Virus record (IMG/VR): IMGVR_UViG_2921119228_000004 | Location: 1-64,000 of that record | Direction: 5' to 3' (one strand) | Length of the DNA: 64,000 bases | Origin: a virus | Lineage: Duplodnaviria; Caudoviricetes | Shown here: positions 19,303 to 30,200 of the stretch, piece by piece | How positions within the stretch are numbered: position 1 is the stretch's first letter | How the letters are laid out: every line of letters starts with the position of its first letter | Position numbers and translations under genes: made by a program | Notes under the pieces: generated by a model | Told to the model about the DNA's origin: nothing | Seen by the model: only the letters and a program-made list of their open reading frames with translations | The model's database searches: none

Positions 19303-19644
19303 TTATTTACAGAGCAACCGTTCTATCTTATCCTTAAGCGGAAATAGATCTGTTTGAATGGTTCCCCACACAATCTCATCCCGAATCTGATAATATCCAT
19401 GCACCAACACATGGCGCATGCCTATGACCTCATTCCATGCGATCTCTTGATGTTCCTCCCGAAATTCCTTTGTAATCAAATAAGCAGCCTCCCCTACAAT
19501 CTCCAAATTCTTGATGACCGCAAAACGCAATATCTTGTTCCTTGAATACTCCTCAAAAGTCACATCTGTCGTGAACTCAATGACATTATTTATCGCCTCC
19601 AGCATATGCCGTAGACGTGTATCGTCTTTAGGCTTCTCTCTCAT
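19303..19644 (-). CDS. HEPN (DUF86) RNase toxin, HepT-like
   Basis: GMRHVLVHGY Rx4H motif; IKNLEIVGEAA; overlaps the MNT gene. Confidence 0.85.
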   Translation of the reverse strand: MREKPKDDTRLRHMLEAINNVIEFTTDVTFEEYSRNKILRFAVIKNLEIVGEAAYLITKEFREEHQEIAWNEVIGMRHVLVHGYYQIRDEIVWGTIQTDLFPLKDKIERLLCK

Positions 19645-19924
19645 ATATCAATATTTTATCCCGATCTACAGAAGAAACGGCGAAATCCTTCAATTGTCCT
19701 TCCTCCACCAAGTCAACCTTACGATGCAACAATTGGCTTAGAGCTTCCACCATACCCGCATACTTGAATAATGTAATACGAGCGTGGGAGTCAAAACGAA
19801 CCAGAATATCAATATCGCTATCCTTCGTCTCCTCTCCACGTGAACAGGAACCAAACACCCATGCTTTCTCTATTGGTTGCAAAGAGAAAAAGCCTCTTAG
19901 CTTATTAATTATCTGTTGTTTCAT
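19628..19924 (-). CDS. Minimal nucleotidyltransferase antitoxin, MntA-like
   Basis: VFGSCSRGEETKDSDIDILV (GSx10DxD) and RKVDLV. Confidence 0.85.
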   Translation of the reverse strand: MKQQIINKLRGFFSLQPIEKAWVFGSCSRGEETKDSDIDILVRFDSHARITLFKYAGMVEALSQLLHRKVDLVEEGQLKDFAVSSVDRDKILIYEREA

Positions 19925-20040
19925 CTTTTAGTGATTACCTCACGCAAATATAACGAACATTTTCTAAATTCCGTTTTATCGTGATTCTTTTTTGGAAAAT
20001 CATTTACAGAACAATATCCTCTAAAAACAAAAGAAGCGAG

Positions 20041-20088
20041 AGATACCACCTCCCCGGAAATATCCCCCACCTCTCTAAATTTATTTGA
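20041..20088. repeat. 48-bp direct repeat, copy 2
   Basis: 47/48 identical to 19211-19258. Confidence 0.9.
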
Positions 20089-20184
20089 CAGATCCCCGAC
20101 AAGGGTATTATTTCCTACATTTTATTAGGAAAAAACTAAGCCTAAATACGTTGTAAGCCTCAAATATGGGCAAAACAATGATAT

Positions 20185-21198
20185 TTAATCAAATCTCTTT
20201 AACTTCAAAAATGACCTGAATTTCACATCAAATTCTTCTATCTCTGGGCCAACGTCTTTTCCTTGAGAAGAGAAACAACACCTCTTGATCTTCTCTATAA
20301 TAGACTTGTAGGCTCTTTGCGTCAATTTTCCATCACGCACACGAGCCTTCAATCTAGACCTCAACGGATCAAATCCATTACGATTAACAGACTCACGTAA
20401 GGTACTATTTAGCAAACTTCTTACTCCATCTATCTTATCAAGCGGCAAAGACTCTTTACTCACCTTGACTTTGGAATAACAAGACAAGAACCGATCCAGC
20501 AAATCATTCCAAAAGCTAGGATCATATAACATTGACGCAGTAACCGATTTCCCAAAGCACTTCCTAACTTTCTTTATCCGAAACTCGCATCGAGCTATAT
20601 TCTTATTATTACTCCCCTGTTCCTTTCCTTTATCGTAAAACGAAAGTTCTTTCTCTGCTGTTTGAAACGTAATTCCTGTAGGATATGAAAGACGCCTAAA
20701 ATAAGGTAAATCTAACATCCGATTGAAATATTCTATTGGAGACCGCTGTAACTCCAAATCCATTGCTGAATCCATTCTAGTCACAGTGACCTTATCCATA
20801 GGGATGTTTAAATCCTCTCCTATCCCCTCAATGGCTTTCCGTACGTCCTCTAAAGGGAAATCGTGCATGTTGGTACCGTAGTAATACTTACATAAGCTAC
20901 AAGCATTGATTTTTAGAATATGAGTATTTACATACACATTATACCCCTTATATTTCCCACGTACATAAGGGAGGCCATCATTACCAATACAATCACTTCT
21001 ATCCATCAAATATGGCGACACTTCCGCTAACAAATCTATTTCTGGAACATCTTTCTGATTAAGAACAAAGTCAACCGTATCATATAACATATGACCATGT
21101 ACCATATCATGAACCATACTACTATATTCAGTACATGAATCATGTCCTTCCTTACAGCTTGATAGATACACATAGTATTTAGAAGCTATCTCATCCAT
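20185..21198 (-). CDS. Replication initiation protein, probably Rep_trans/gpII-X rolling-circle type
   Basis: VTRMDSAMD, SFYDKGKE, ARCEFR motifs; follows the excisionase. Confidence 0.6.
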   Translation of the reverse strand: MDEIASKYYVYLSSCKEGHDSCTEYSSMVHDMVHGHMLYDTVDFVLNQKDVPEIDLLAEVSPYLMDRSDCIGNDGLPYVRGKYKGYNVYVNTHILKINACSLCKYYYGTNMHDFPLEDVRKAIEGIGEDLNIPMDKVTVTRMDSAMDLELQRSPIEYFNRMLDLPYFRRLSYPTGITFQTAEKELSFYDKGKEQGSNNKNIARCEFRIKKVRKCFGKSVTASMLYDPSFWNDLLDRFLSCYSKVKVSKESLPLDKIDGVRSLLNSTLRESVNRNGFDPLRSRLKARVRDGKLTQRAYKSIIEKIKRCCFSSQGKDVGPEIEEFDVKFRSFLKLKRFD

Positions 21199-21484
21199 TC
21201 TTACGTCCTCCCTTCTTTCCTTCTAAAGTATTCTCGATATCGGAAATAGCATAAAGGACACGTCTTCCTATTCGTTGAGCGGGAATCATTCCTTGTCTTG
21301 TCCAATCGGCCAAAGTTGGCAAAGAAATCCGCAACATCTTCGCAGCCTCCGTACGAGTAAGAAGCCGGATAGAATCTTCGCTCTTCTGAAGCTTTAGATC
21401 ATCTAATATATCATCTAATACTTTACGTACTACAGCTTCAATATCTGAAAGTGAAGCCTGTTGGATTAATATACTTTGTTTCAT
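21191..21484 (-). CDS. HTH excisionase-like protein
   Basis: LLTRTEAAKMLRISLPTLADWTRQGMIPAQRIGRRVLY; start moved to MKQSIL. Confidence 0.85.
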   Translation of the reverse strand: MKQSILIQQASLSDIEAVVRKVLDDILDDLKLQKSEDSIRLLTRTEAAKMLRISLPTLADWTRQGMIPAQRIGRRVLYAISDIENTLEGKKGGRKNG

Positions 21485-21564
21485 TAACAAATAATTTAAA
21501 TTAATGGCACAAAGTTTATCAATCACACATTTCCACTTTTTCCATTATTTCCAAATGGAAATAA

Positions 21565-22833
21565 CTATTTAGAGAAATGAGCACAAATAAGCTTAAAATT
21601 CGAGATTTCTTCTTTCGAAAGTCCTTCAATCCCCTTTTTCTCTATCTCACGTAAATTTCTCTCAGTAACACTATTTTCTCCTATTGACGCTTTACTAACT
21701 ACGACATTAAAATAGTCATAAAAGATGCGTGCTACAATTATCATTTTACTATATCTAAGAATCTCCTGGTCTTTCATGAATATTATTAATTTGGCCAAAT
21801 GATTCTTCGTCTTATGGACATACCGCTGTTCTCTTACGATATTAAACTCCTCCAGTTTCTCTATCAGTTTATGTACAACATCCTCGTTATAGCCGTTAAA
21901 TAGGTTGTAGAACCTATCTTCCTTATATGATGATTTATCGCCACCCTTATCAGAAACATTTGACAGTTCACTTTGAGAGTAATTCAACGGTTCTTTTTGA
22001 GAAACACCCGACGAATCATCAAGAATATCATTTTCACCATAGCTTGATGACCTATCGCTACCCTTATCAGAAACATTTGACAGTTCACTTTGAGAGTAAT
22101 TCAACGGTTCTTTTTGAGAAATATCCAACGAATTATCATGAATATCACTTTCACCATAGCTTGATGATCTATCGCTACCGTTATCAGAAACATTTGACAG
22201 TTCACTTTGAGAGTAATTCAATAGTTCATCTTGAGAATCATCTGACGAATCATCAATAATATCACTTTCACTATAAATACATCTTTGTACCCCTATCGTA
22301 TCAGAATGGGGTTTGAAGAACTTTAACCAATAGCAAAAGAACGTACCATGCCTTTTTTGGCAATCAATTAGAACATTTCGCAAATTAATATCATATCGTT
22401 CAAAAGCTTCTGTGACATCTGAGAAGAAAATTGGTATAACAAACTTTTGAAATACTTTGGAATGAAAAATGGGATGATTTAGCTGTATTTCATATAAACG
22501 CTGTAATATTTCCTCCGCATAGACCATTCTAGCTTTAGGATCCATCCCTAACAATCGAGATTTTATTGCATCTACATATTTTACACGTAATTTCTCACAA
22601 TGTTGACCAACCGCAAAAGTTAAACCCAAATTCACACAAGCCTCATTCGATCTATTGTCCGAATCATCAGAGTATGCAATATCGTTATTGATATTATTAT
22701 CAACAGAAACAAACAAATCTTTCCCATCAATGATTTTAGTTCTGGGGTCATAGATATACTCTTCCCCAAATTTATGTATAACATCTAGAATATCATCACA
22801 ATACGATCTTACATTTTCCATAAAAATAATCAA
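21565..22833 (-). CDS. Hypothetical protein with 3 x 39-aa acidic Ser-rich repeat
   Basis: 422-aa ORF abutting the integrase stop. Confidence 0.7.
   Translation of the reverse strand: MIIFMENVRSYCDDILDVIHKFGEEYIYDPRTKIIDGKDLFVSVDNNINNDIAYSDDSDNRSNEACVNLGLTFAVGQHCEKLRVKYVDAIKSRLLGMDPKARMVYAEEILQRLYEIQLNHPIFHSKVFQKFVIPIFFSDVTEAFERYDINLRNVLIDCQKRHGTFFCYWLKFFKPHSDTIGVQRCIYSESDIIDDSSDDSQDELLNYSQSELSNVSDNGSDRSSSYGESDIHDNSLDISQKEPLNYSQSELSNVSDKGSDRSSSYGENDILDDSSGVSQKEPLNYSQSELSNVSDKGGDKSSYKEDRFYNLFNGYNEDVVHKLIEKLEEFNIVREQRYVHKTKNHLAKLIIFMKDQEILRYSKMIIVARIFYDYFNVVVSKASIGENSVTERNLREIEKKGIEGLSKEEISNFKLICAHFSK
21928..22278. repeat. 117-bp in-frame tandem repeat, 3 copies
   Basis: Units start at 21928, 22045 and 22162; shared CAGAAACATTTGACAGTTCACTTTGAGAGTAATTCAA. 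Confidence 0.9.
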
Positions 22834-24135
22834 TTAGCAAGTTACTATCTGATTAAAAAATTCATGTCCTTTCAACTGTATAGCATTCTCCTTCTCCGAG
22901 ATCTTAATATACTTCATGAATGAAGATTCCGTCTTGTGTCCCGTTATCTTCATTATACTAATGGGTGGCAATCCTGCTAAATAAGCATTCGTGGCAAAAG
23001 AACGCCGAGCCGTGTGACTCGTTACAAGATCATATTTAGGCTTCGTTTCAGCATAAGTTAAAGTACCTTTTGTTCTTTGCAATAAGATTGGCTCATTAAT
23101 CTCAGCCTTCTTCGCAATCTCTTTGATATAATCATTAAATTTTTGATTTGAAGGAACACGAGGCAACTCATTATCATATTTCTGCAATATCTGCCGAACT
23201 ATCGCATGCAAAGGGATAACTACAGTCCTACCGGTTTTCACAGTCTTTATAGTAATTACACTCTCTACATTATCAATATTATCAGAACTCAACAAAGACA
23301 AATCACTAAAACGTAATCCTGTACAGCAGCCTATCAAAAACAAATCCCGAACCCGATCCAATCGAGGTTCATCACTTAAGTCACACTTATAGATTTTCTT
23401 TAGCTCATCACTATTGAGGTAGACAGAATAGGTTTCCTCTTTAGGCTTACTAAAACGCTTCTTTTTGAAATCCATATTTGTATGTAGATTACGTTCATAA
23501 GCCTCATTCATAAACATTTTCAAATCCTTTATACGAGCACCAACCGTATTTGGAGAATAACCTTTATTCGTTAAATATTCAACAAATGACAAATAAAAAT
23601 CCAAGTCTACATTCTCAAATTGTAGCCTTTTCCCTGTTAATGCAATATACCCCTCAATCTCACGAGCTGTTTGCTTATACCCCTTCACAGTATTAGGTTT
23701 CTTATCAGTTTTCTCTATAAAGGATTTGACAAAACAAAGTAAATCCTTGACATCTCTATCCGGTTCTATCTCCTTGTAACCTTTAAATATCTTATCCAAC
23801 TCCTTTGTTAGTAGCTCATTCGTTGGCAGGATACCGTCATTCTCCAACCGACGTAGCACATCTTTAGCCGTAACTTCGATATTATCCAAAGCCGCTTTCA
23901 GTTCTCTATACTCACCAGCGTTCATCCGGTGATTCCTCGCTGTAGGAGCGATCGGAGCACCAACTTTCGTATCCCATCTTTCCGGCAAAATTGTCTCATT
24001 AGTATAATACTTCAACGGTAAGTACTTTTTCTTCCCATCGGGTAAAATAGTATATGCACCGTAATTCATCAGAAAAAAAATAGCGGTAGGCTTATCTGAC
24101 TTCGGACGTGTCAAATAGAATTTTACTGTTGCCAT
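22834..24135 (-). CDS. int: Tyrosine recombinase (integrase) of element B
   Basis: TGLRFSDL, HTARRSFAT, TGH, FMKY catalytic R-H-R-H-Y set; adjacent to att. Confidence 0.92.
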   Translation of the reverse strand: MATVKFYLTRPKSDKPTAIFFLMNYGAYTILPDGKKKYLPLKYYTNETILPERWDTKVGAPIAPTARNHRMNAGEYRELKAALDNIEVTAKDVLRRLENDGILPTNELLTKELDKIFKGYKEIEPDRDVKDLLCFVKSFIEKTDKKPNTVKGYKQTAREIEGYIALTGKRLQFENVDLDFYLSFVEYLTNKGYSPNTVGARIKDLKMFMNEAYERNLHTNMDFKKKRFSKPKEETYSVYLNSDELKKIYKCDLSDEPRLDRVRDLFLIGCCTGLRFSDLSLLSSDNIDNVESVITIKTVKTGRTVVIPLHAIVRQILQKYDNELPRVPSNQKFNDYIKEIAKKAEINEPILLQRTKGTLTYAETKPKYDLVTSHTARRSFATNAYLAGLPPISIMKITGHKTESSFMKYIKISEKENAIQLKGHEFFNQIVTC

Positions 24136-24195
24136 AATATATCTGTTTATTTAACTTACGCAAATATAGACAATATTTTATCGACAAAACAAGGA

Positions 24196-24216
24196 TGCGG
24201 TAAGAATTGCGGTAAG
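24196..24216. repeat. Arm-type repeat of element B (right end)
   Basis: TGCGGTAAGAATTGCGGTAAG. Confidence 0.7.
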
Positions 24217-24331
24217 AAAAAATCTTCTTTTATTTATTTTCTCTTTACAAAAACGATATACAAAACACTCAAAAGTCAAATATAACTCGCTATCTATTAA
24301 TAAAATAAGATAAAAAGAAAGAAGGACAAAA

Positions 24332-24374
24332 GTAGTCTCGCCGGGAATCGAACCCGGATCTAAAGTTTAGGAAA
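24332..24374 (-). tRNA. 3' half of tRNA-Arg(CCT), truncated; att remnant rather than an intact tRNA
   Basis: Minus strand TTCCTAA loop, CCGGG-TTCGATT-CCCGG T-arm, CGAGACT acceptor 3' strand; no complementary 5' acceptor strand or D-arm upstream. Confidence 0.75.
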
Positions 24375-24423
24375 GTCTTGTTCTAACTCTAATAATCAGT
24401 GGATTACAACGGATATTGTGATT

Positions 24424-24498
24424 TTTGTAGAATATTTGTAGAAATAGTATAATAATTAGGCTTTCTACAAAGAAAATGGAAAACCCCACTTCTACAAA
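24424..24498. repeat. TTTGTAGAA repeats, probable arm-type sites of the prophage integrase
   Basis: Direct copies 24424-24432 and 24435-24443; inverted copies 24463-24471 and 24490-24498. Confidence 0.55.
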
Positions 24499-24514
24499 AA
24501 GAAGCGAGGTTTTC
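24479..24514 (-). terminator. Hairpin after the lysis module
   Basis: 15-bp stem (with G-U pairs on minus strand) GAAAACCTCGCTTCT / AGAAGTGGGGTTTTC. Confidence 0.55.
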
Positions 24515-24615
24515 ACTAATGCAACACCGATATAAATTCGGCACTGCAAAGATACAAAAAACGTGCGTACTTCTCAGTATGCACGTTCTGAAATGAAAAA
24601 AGTATTCTACAAAAG

Positions 24616-25203
24616 CTATTTTTTTAGCTCTATATATTCAGTATATGTAATTTTGTTGTGTGGATTTGAATTTACAACATCCATCTTTATAGCCTTCACC
24701 CCAAATCGGAAGAAAAGAAACTTTTTCGGTATCTTGTGTATGATATGGTGTAATGTATCGGCACTTTCTATCTTAGCGAATAATACCCCTTTATCAATAG
24801 TTCCTCTTAAATCTATCCAAGAATCACGCCATCGAAAATTTAAAAGAGTATCAAGCTGGTTGCGATACACTATGCTATCACGTACTTTTGTTTCTATTTC
24901 TATTTCCGTTTTAGTGGCTGTTGTTGTAGCTGCCTGAATGCGTTTGAGCTTTATATTCAAATCATCTACTGTTTTGGTAAGATCCTTGTTTTTCTTTTCC
25001 AACTCATTTTTCGTCAATTCCAGCCTTAAAACAGAAGTAGCGTTTTTCCCTGCTTCCGTTTTGTAGTGTTCCACATCTGAAAGTAATGCTGCTTGATTAC
25101 TATCCAAGCGATCACGTTCTTTCCTTACGCTATCCAATCGTTTAAACAGAAAGATATTTGTTCCTACGAGTAAAACAAGCGCAATAAATAAAAATTTACG
25201 CAT
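24616..25203 (-). CDS. Spanin/Rz-like lysis protein
   Basis: N-terminal TM anchor plus long coiled coil, directly after the endolysin. Confidence 0.6.
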   Translation of the reverse strand: MRKFLFIALVLLVGTNIFLFKRLDSVRKERDRLDSNQAALLSDVEHYKTEAGKNATSVLRLELTKNELEKKNKDLTKTVDDLNIKLKRIQAATTTATKTEIEIETKVRDSIVYRNQLDTLLNFRWRDSWIDLRGTIDKGVLFAKIESADTLHHIIHKIPKKFLFFRFGVKAIKMDVVNSNPHNKITYTEYIELKK

Positions 25204-25795
25204 ACTCTTCTATATATTTAAGGATTGAATCAACGTGCAACTGGATAATTTGAGCCTTTCCTTCAGGAGATAGTAGAAACTTGCAATCTGTTTCATTATC
25301 CATAAAGAAGTTTTCCGTTAAAACAGCCGGGCATGAAGTCTTTTTGAGAATGTAGAAATTATTTTCCCAATCTCCATCCCCATCCGACCAATCACCTCTA
25401 ATTTTCCAAGTTCCTCCAAACATTCTATTAGCCATATCCCAGAAAACTTGCGCCAAATCATCAGCTTTTGTTTTTCCAGGACTGGTATGTATTTCCCATC
25501 CTGTACCCTTGCCAGTTCCAGAAGCGTTACAATGAATAGAAACAAGAAGCGTTTTTGTCTTACCGTATCGGGCTGCTATCTCGTTTGCTCTTCTGGCTCT
25601 TTCTGCTAAAGGTACGTCTATATTTTCCTTTACCAACAATTCGGCATCTATACCTTTTGCTCGTAATTGGTTATATACGCCTTTGGCAATTTCTCTGGCA
25701 TATTCCCACTCAAATAACTGTGATCCGTCCGACCACTTCGGAGATCTTTTACCTGGTGTATTTTCTCCGTGTCCGTTGTCTAATAATACTTTCAT
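25196..25795 (-). CDS. Endolysin, N-acetylmuramoyl-L-alanine amidase (Amidase_3)
   Basis: LDNGHG, LVSIHCNA, AVLTENFFM Zn-amidase motifs. Confidence 0.9.
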   Translation of the reverse strand: MKVLLDNGHGENTPGKRSPKWSDGSQLFEWEYAREIAKGVYNQLRAKGIDAELLVKENIDVPLAERARRANEIAARYGKTKTLLVSIHCNASGTGKGTGWEIHTSPGKTKADDLAQVFWDMANRMFGGTWKIRGDWSDGDGDWENNFYILKKTSCPAVLTENFFMDNETDCKFLLSPEGKAQIIQLHVDSILKYIEEYA

Positions 25796-26058
25796 ACGTT
25801 TTTATTTTCATTTTTTTCGCTTAAACATTTAGTTACTCCAGCCGAAGCAAACAAAGCAGTGATAGCACCGACAAAAGCCGATAATCCCATAAGATCGGTT
25901 TTGATAGACTTGTTTACGATTACTTCATAAACCAAAATAAAACCGACAATAAGCAGAAGGAAGCACCCCATTAAGGTAACGGCAACAAGAAAAAAACTCT
26001 TGCTACTGTGCCCTGATCCATTTTTGATAAGTTCTTTCAGATATTCTGTTACTCTCAT
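25792..26058 (-). CDS. Putative holin
   Basis: 88 aa, two TM segments, charged C-terminus, overlaps the endolysin start. Confidence 0.65.
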   Translation of the reverse strand: MRVTEYLKELIKNGSGHSSKSFFLVAVTLMGCFLLLIVGFILVYEVIVNKSIKTDLMGLSAFVGAITALFASAGVTKCLSEKNENKNV

Positions 26059-26669
26059 AACTTGCGCTCTTTTACTTCTGGAAGGATATACTGAATGTGC
26101 ATGGCTGCAAAATGAAGTTTTTTCCTGATTGCTTCCTCATCAAAATCATCAGGGATGGATTCTGTAAAATCACAGACCAAAGAACCAACCCAATCATGGG
26201 TAGTATCATGTAATTTTTGAACGATTAAAGACTGTGTTCCATTGGAGCTAAACATAGCCTTTGCACGTGTTCCATCCAAACTATCAATATCACGTATCAG
26301 CATAAGTTCATTTCGAGCCATTGAAGCCGTAAACTTTGGAAGTTCAGACATCTTAATATCTTGCCAAAAGTCACTAATACGGGCAACCCCTTTAGCGGTA
26401 ACTTCATACAAGATTGTGAGATAATGATTATCTCCTAAAGGATATGGTTGTATAATATACACACGATCACATGAAAGATCATTCAACACTTTATGAATTT
26501 CACCATACACACGAGCAGAGTTTTCACTTCTGCGAGTGCTTTTTCTTTCTAATTGTCTTTCAAGTTCTTTAGCCTTAATATCAGCAAGCCGATTATGCTT
26601 TAACTGATTATACGCAAACCAGCCCGTACCCAAAGCTGTTATACACGCAAATAATGCTGCCCAATCCAT
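26055..26669 (-). CDS. Membrane-anchored protein in the lysis module (GAF-like C-domain possible)
   Basis: N-terminal TM helix; CDRVYIIQ and WVGSLVCD strands. Confidence 0.6.
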   Translation of the reverse strand: MDWAALFACITALGTGWFAYNQLKHNRLADIKAKELERQLERKSTRRSENSARVYGEIHKVLNDLSCDRVYIIQPYPLGDNHYLTILYEVTAKGVARISDFWQDIKMSELPKFTASMARNELMLIRDIDSLDGTRAKAMFSSNGTQSLIVQKLHDTTHDWVGSLVCDFTESIPDDFDEEAIRKKLHFAAMHIQYILPEVKERKL

Positions 26670-26744
26670 ATTTTATTAAGTTATTGATTAATAACTGCAA
26701 ATATAATTTATTTGGCGTACATATACACCATTTAATACAGAGAA

Positions 26745-27227
26745 TTATATTTTTGAAGCTATTAAGGCTTCCAATTTGTTTATTTCATCCCGTACACTCT
26801 GCCTTTGCTGGTGAAGATTCTCTATATCATACGGCATATCAAGCCCGATTAAAGAAGCCTCATAACATTTCGTTATACGATAATCACCTATAACGCTGTC
26901 ATTGCTGGTAAGAGAGGCTTTCAGTTCATCTATCTTATTCCGAACAAGTTTAGCGTTAAATCTTTGCTCGTATTTATAGCTTATTTTATCTCCAGCGTCA
27001 TAAGGTACAATACGAACGCTATAGTATTCAGGACATTGTAATTTAGTATCATCCACAAGCTCTACATTTTTCCATCCTAAAGCGGACAACTCAGCTTGTT
27101 GCTCCTGGATTGATACTATTCTCGTTTCAATCTCTCCAGTTTCTTCATTTTTAAACTTCTCACTGTATTCCTCTAAAAATTTAGAAACAAGAGATCCGTT
27201 TTCGTCTATATAGCCATATTCAATCAT
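26745..27227 (-). CDS. Tail-associated hypothetical protein (fibre chaperone-like)
   Basis: Follows the large tail gene; GDYRITKC...RQSVRDEINKLE C-terminus. Confidence 0.55.
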   Translation of the reverse strand: MIEYGYIDENGSLVSKFLEEYSEKFKNEETGEIETRIVSIQEQQAELSALGWKNVELVDDTKLQCPEYYSVRIVPYDAGDKISYKYEQRFNAKLVRNKIDELKASLTSNDSVIGDYRITKCYEASLIGLDMPYDIENLHQQRQSVRDEINKLEALIASKI

Positions 27228-27231
27228 AATA

Positions 27232-30200
27232 TTAAAATTTATATCTACTAACTAACCATGCTGATTTTTTTACACCATCGACATACCCCACTGTAAAATG
27301 GAATATAGCACCCTGACCTTCGCCAATATCATAATAATCATTTTGGGTGTGATCATCATACAACTCATTTCCGCTACGTGGGTAAACTCTCATATATCCT
27401 GTCCACCATTGCTTAAAAAATATAGTCCTACCAATCACACCATCAGAAGGGAGGTAAACGATTTGCCGGTTTCTTGAATATCCAATAACCAAGCTGTCTG
27501 TTTCAGACAAATAAACAGAAGAAGAGCTTTCTTCTATAGCCTTTCTATGTAAAAATAGACCTGCTGCCATCAAATTCTGGAAGAAGCCACCATAAGCGGG
27601 GGCTGTGCCACTGTTTGAAGCTCTACCATATACGCCAGCTAAAAAGTTTTCATTGTTCCAATCACTTTTATTCACAGTACCAAATCCAAGCCCTACGATA
27701 GAAGCCTTATGCGTATAACCCAAAATAGCCGAAACAGCTTGTGTTTCTGCATTATTACAAAAGATACCCGTAGGCGACATATAGGCTACACGGCTATTGC
27801 TTTTACTTCGGACTTCAATCAAGCCGTTATTCGCATCTATCGTAATTTTAGATCCCTGATATTGGCTTTCTGAATAATCACCACCAGAACGGCTGGATTC
27901 TATCAATATACAAGCCATAGAAGCATCAAGAATGATCTTATTACCATCCAAGAGTGTAGAAACAATCTTTCCACCACTCATAAACCAATCTCCGATATTA
28001 GCACCCTCAGCCAATAGCAAATTAGTTGCTATACTCTCAAACTCAGCACCGAAATCATTCCAATAAGCAGTATCGGTAGGTACATGATTTTGAAAGCCAT
28101 TTCCGGCATCCACTCTGGCAACATAATAGTGTCCGTTATATTTTACTGCATCTACACGCTTTGAAGTACCATAGTAAACTTTAGAGCTGCCATAGACACC
28201 ACGATAAACCATAGTCGGACCAGTATCTCCATTTCTACCATCCACTCCATCATACGGAGTTTGCCGGGCTGGTGTACTCCAGTTCTGTATCAATGAATTT
28301 GTTTCACCATTGATTTTTGCTACTGTAAACCATAAGTATTGCAAGTTTCCTACAGTTGGAACGGTTGTGCTCCATCCCGAAGGATTACGGCTCGTTTTAC
28401 TCAGTGAAGGCGGTGTACTTCTGGAGCCATTAACAGCGTACCGATATTCAAAATAATCACCATTTATACCATCATCCCCAGTTTCTCCTTTTTCTCCAGT
28501 AACACAAATAGCCTCTGTAGTAATGCTGTTGCCGTTTGTGTAATTAATAACGGATCGTGTCCATATATACCAACCATTTTTCCAAGTTGGACGTGAATTA
28601 GACCAGCTACCATTTAAAAGGGAAGTTGCAGAGGATGATAAATAATATTGCTCAATTATTGAACTTATACCATTGCCTGTTTCTCCCTTGCCACCTGTGA
28701 TACAAGCTGCATCTGTATATACTATGTCGCCATCCGTGTAAACAACTTTAGTTTTACTCCAAATGTAATATCCATCTTTCCAGGCTGGAGCTGTTGTCTG
28801 CCAACCGGATGTTGGTGCTGTAGTATTACTGGATGATATGGCATACAGAACGTCTGTATTTGAAATACCCACACCTCTTTGGGCTACAATAATCCAATAG
28901 TTACTATTATTTGGAGAAATACCTTTAACGGGATTCTTTGATACAAAACGATACATAGAATAGCCAGTTCCATCATCATAGATAACCTCATCACCCCAAT
29001 AATAGGTATAAGAGTTGTCATATACGCCACGAAAACAACCTATAGGGCTTTCATCGCCACTTTCACTTTGCACGATTGTGCCTTTCAGACGTAATTTTTT
29101 ATCTCCTTTGGTATTCCAATCAAAATAGCTGTCTGAATTTCCTACACGAAAAGCGTTATTCACAAAGTCCATGAAATTTAGCCCATCGCTTGAAACGATT
29201 CTGTCTGTAGTTATTCTTCCTGGAAGTATCTCTGTAAATCCGAATAGTTCGACAAAAGAACGATCCTCTTCAAATTCACTGTTTAGAATACCTACAAGGA
29301 AATGATAATAACCCTCTACACCTTCCAGCTTGATAGCGTTTTTACTTAAGACGTATGATCCAGTAGTGCCATTTTTATTAGCCTTCACATAGAGATAATA
29401 CCCTACTGTTTCTGTTAAGGTTGGAGAAGTATATTTTTCAATATCCCAAAACTTATACTCACTGGCTTTATGCCCAGAGGAAAGTGTATCAATCCCGATA
29501 GTCATGTGCTGTAATATTCCACCTGGAGCCGAAAGCACTTTCTTTTTGCTGTCATAGGTAACGAGATATTCTACTTGTGTCGGATTGGTTTTGTTGTTCA
29601 CGAAACGGAACTGCAAACTTTCATCGCCAACAAGCAAACTCATTGTTTGTACCGAAATCGGACTGATAGAACCTGAGAAATGCAAAAGAGCGTCATTCAA
29701 CATTGAAATAGTTTCTTTTGCATCCCTGAAACGTCTTTTTGTAAACTGAATAGAGTTTTTATATTGGTTATCAGTTTTAACCTCGTTACTCTCTATCTTG
29801 TTTAATTCGCTTGAAACCGTTGCGCCAGTAGTCGTATTGGATAATTCAATAATCGGGCTGTAAGGTCTGTGTATATACTCCTTAATACTGGTAATCCTTA
29901 TCTTTATACCTTCTGGTATGAATTGCGGATCTTTAAAGAGTATGTAACCGCCCAATTTTATTTTGCCACCAATAGAGAGCCAACGCTTTTTGGAATAAAT
30001 GCTATCCAATTCTCCTTTGAATGTGAATTTTGGATCTTCATTCTCATAAAGATATTTGGCTGCTTCCCTGAACATATCCCAGCTTGCACCTTCTTTCGTT
30101 GAGTTATTGCAAATGTACGCATCCGGCAACTGTATTCCGAACACAGCGTATTTATCCCCCAGGTTAGGCTTATATATGTCATTGGGCATAATCTGACCGT

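Larger units (their letters stand above)
12574..24348. mobile_element. Element B: 11.8-kb tRNA-targeting integrative element
   Basis: 18-bp direct repeats at both ends, matching GCGGTAAG tandem repeats inside both ends, integrase-hypothetical-xis-rep core. Confidence 0.85.

Noticed and set aside
21928-22278. CRISPR array
   Set aside because: Units are whole 117-bp in-frame duplications without unique spacers; no cas genes in the window
24332-24410. Intact tRNA-Arg gene
   Set aside because: The 5' acceptor strand and D-arm are missing and the anticodon stem has a mismatch; kept only as an att remnant
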